Origin: Candidatus Woesearchaeota archaeon
GTDB lineage: Archaea > Nanobdellota > Nanobdellia > Pacearchaeales > GW2011-AR1
NCBI GenBank assembly: GCA_964514585.1
Contig: CAZETU010000002.1
Coordinates: forward strand, 139,687-203,686
DNA length: 64,000 nucleotides
Direction of reading: 5' to 3'
Shown here: piece after piece, positions 63,800 to 64,000 of the stretch
How positions within the stretch are numbered: the first letter of the stretch is position 1
How the letters are laid out: every line of letters starts with the position of its first letter
Translations under genes and position numbers: made by a program
The notes under the pieces: model-generated
What the model was told of the DNA's origin: nothing
Databases searched by the model: none
Seen by the model: only the letters and a program-made list of their open reading frames with translations

Positions 63800-64000
63800 C
63801 TTCGGCCCCCCTTACTTTTTCTTCCAGAAATAAAATTAGTCTCTTTAGTCGAGAGATGATTTCTTCGCCAAGATCTTCTGCAGTTCTTTCTTCCATAATT
63901 AGCTCAAGAAATAAACCCTTAAATAAAATCGGAGAAATTTTTTACATAAAATTTTATAGAAAATATTACATAAAAAATTATATAATTTTTTTCTCCGAGT

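Larger units (their letters stand above)
61696..64000. mobile_element. Left end of a putative integrative element inserted at tRNA-Tyr
   Basis: Integrase directly downstream of the tRNA, MTase and RHH cargo, loss of host G+T strand bias; no att partner inside the window. Confidence 0.65.

Overview
Chromosomal window of a small-genome archaeon. Archaeal uL16/L10e, eL33/L35Ae, archaeal GluRS, a tRNA-Tyr with a BHB intron and many DPANN-type hypotheticals point to a DPANN (Pacearchaeota-like) lineage; the taxonomy is inferred. The backbone carries housekeeping genes (gltX, ppsA, ndk, DEAD-box helicase, HerA-like ATPase, MutS-like ATPase, two RbgA-like GTPases, NUDIX enzymes, an ABC exporter). 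It also carries a lipoprotein-anchored N-acetylmuramoyl-L-alanine amidase and, at the right end, the start of a tRNA-Tyr-linked integrase element. The main unexplained structure is three compositionally distinct minus-strand islands (about 13.4-22.1 kb, 54.4-57.2 kb and 57.5-60.5 kb) built on one plan. Each has a conserved hairpin element upstream and a U-run followed by a conserved ~50-bp TATA-rich block downstream. Their cargo is small secreted, membrane or basic ORFs with strong SD sites, tRNA-like genes with 8-, 9- and 17-nt anticodon loops, and repeated structured-RNA modules. No dedicated mobility gene lies inside them. All alignments and folds were done by eye; no database search was run.
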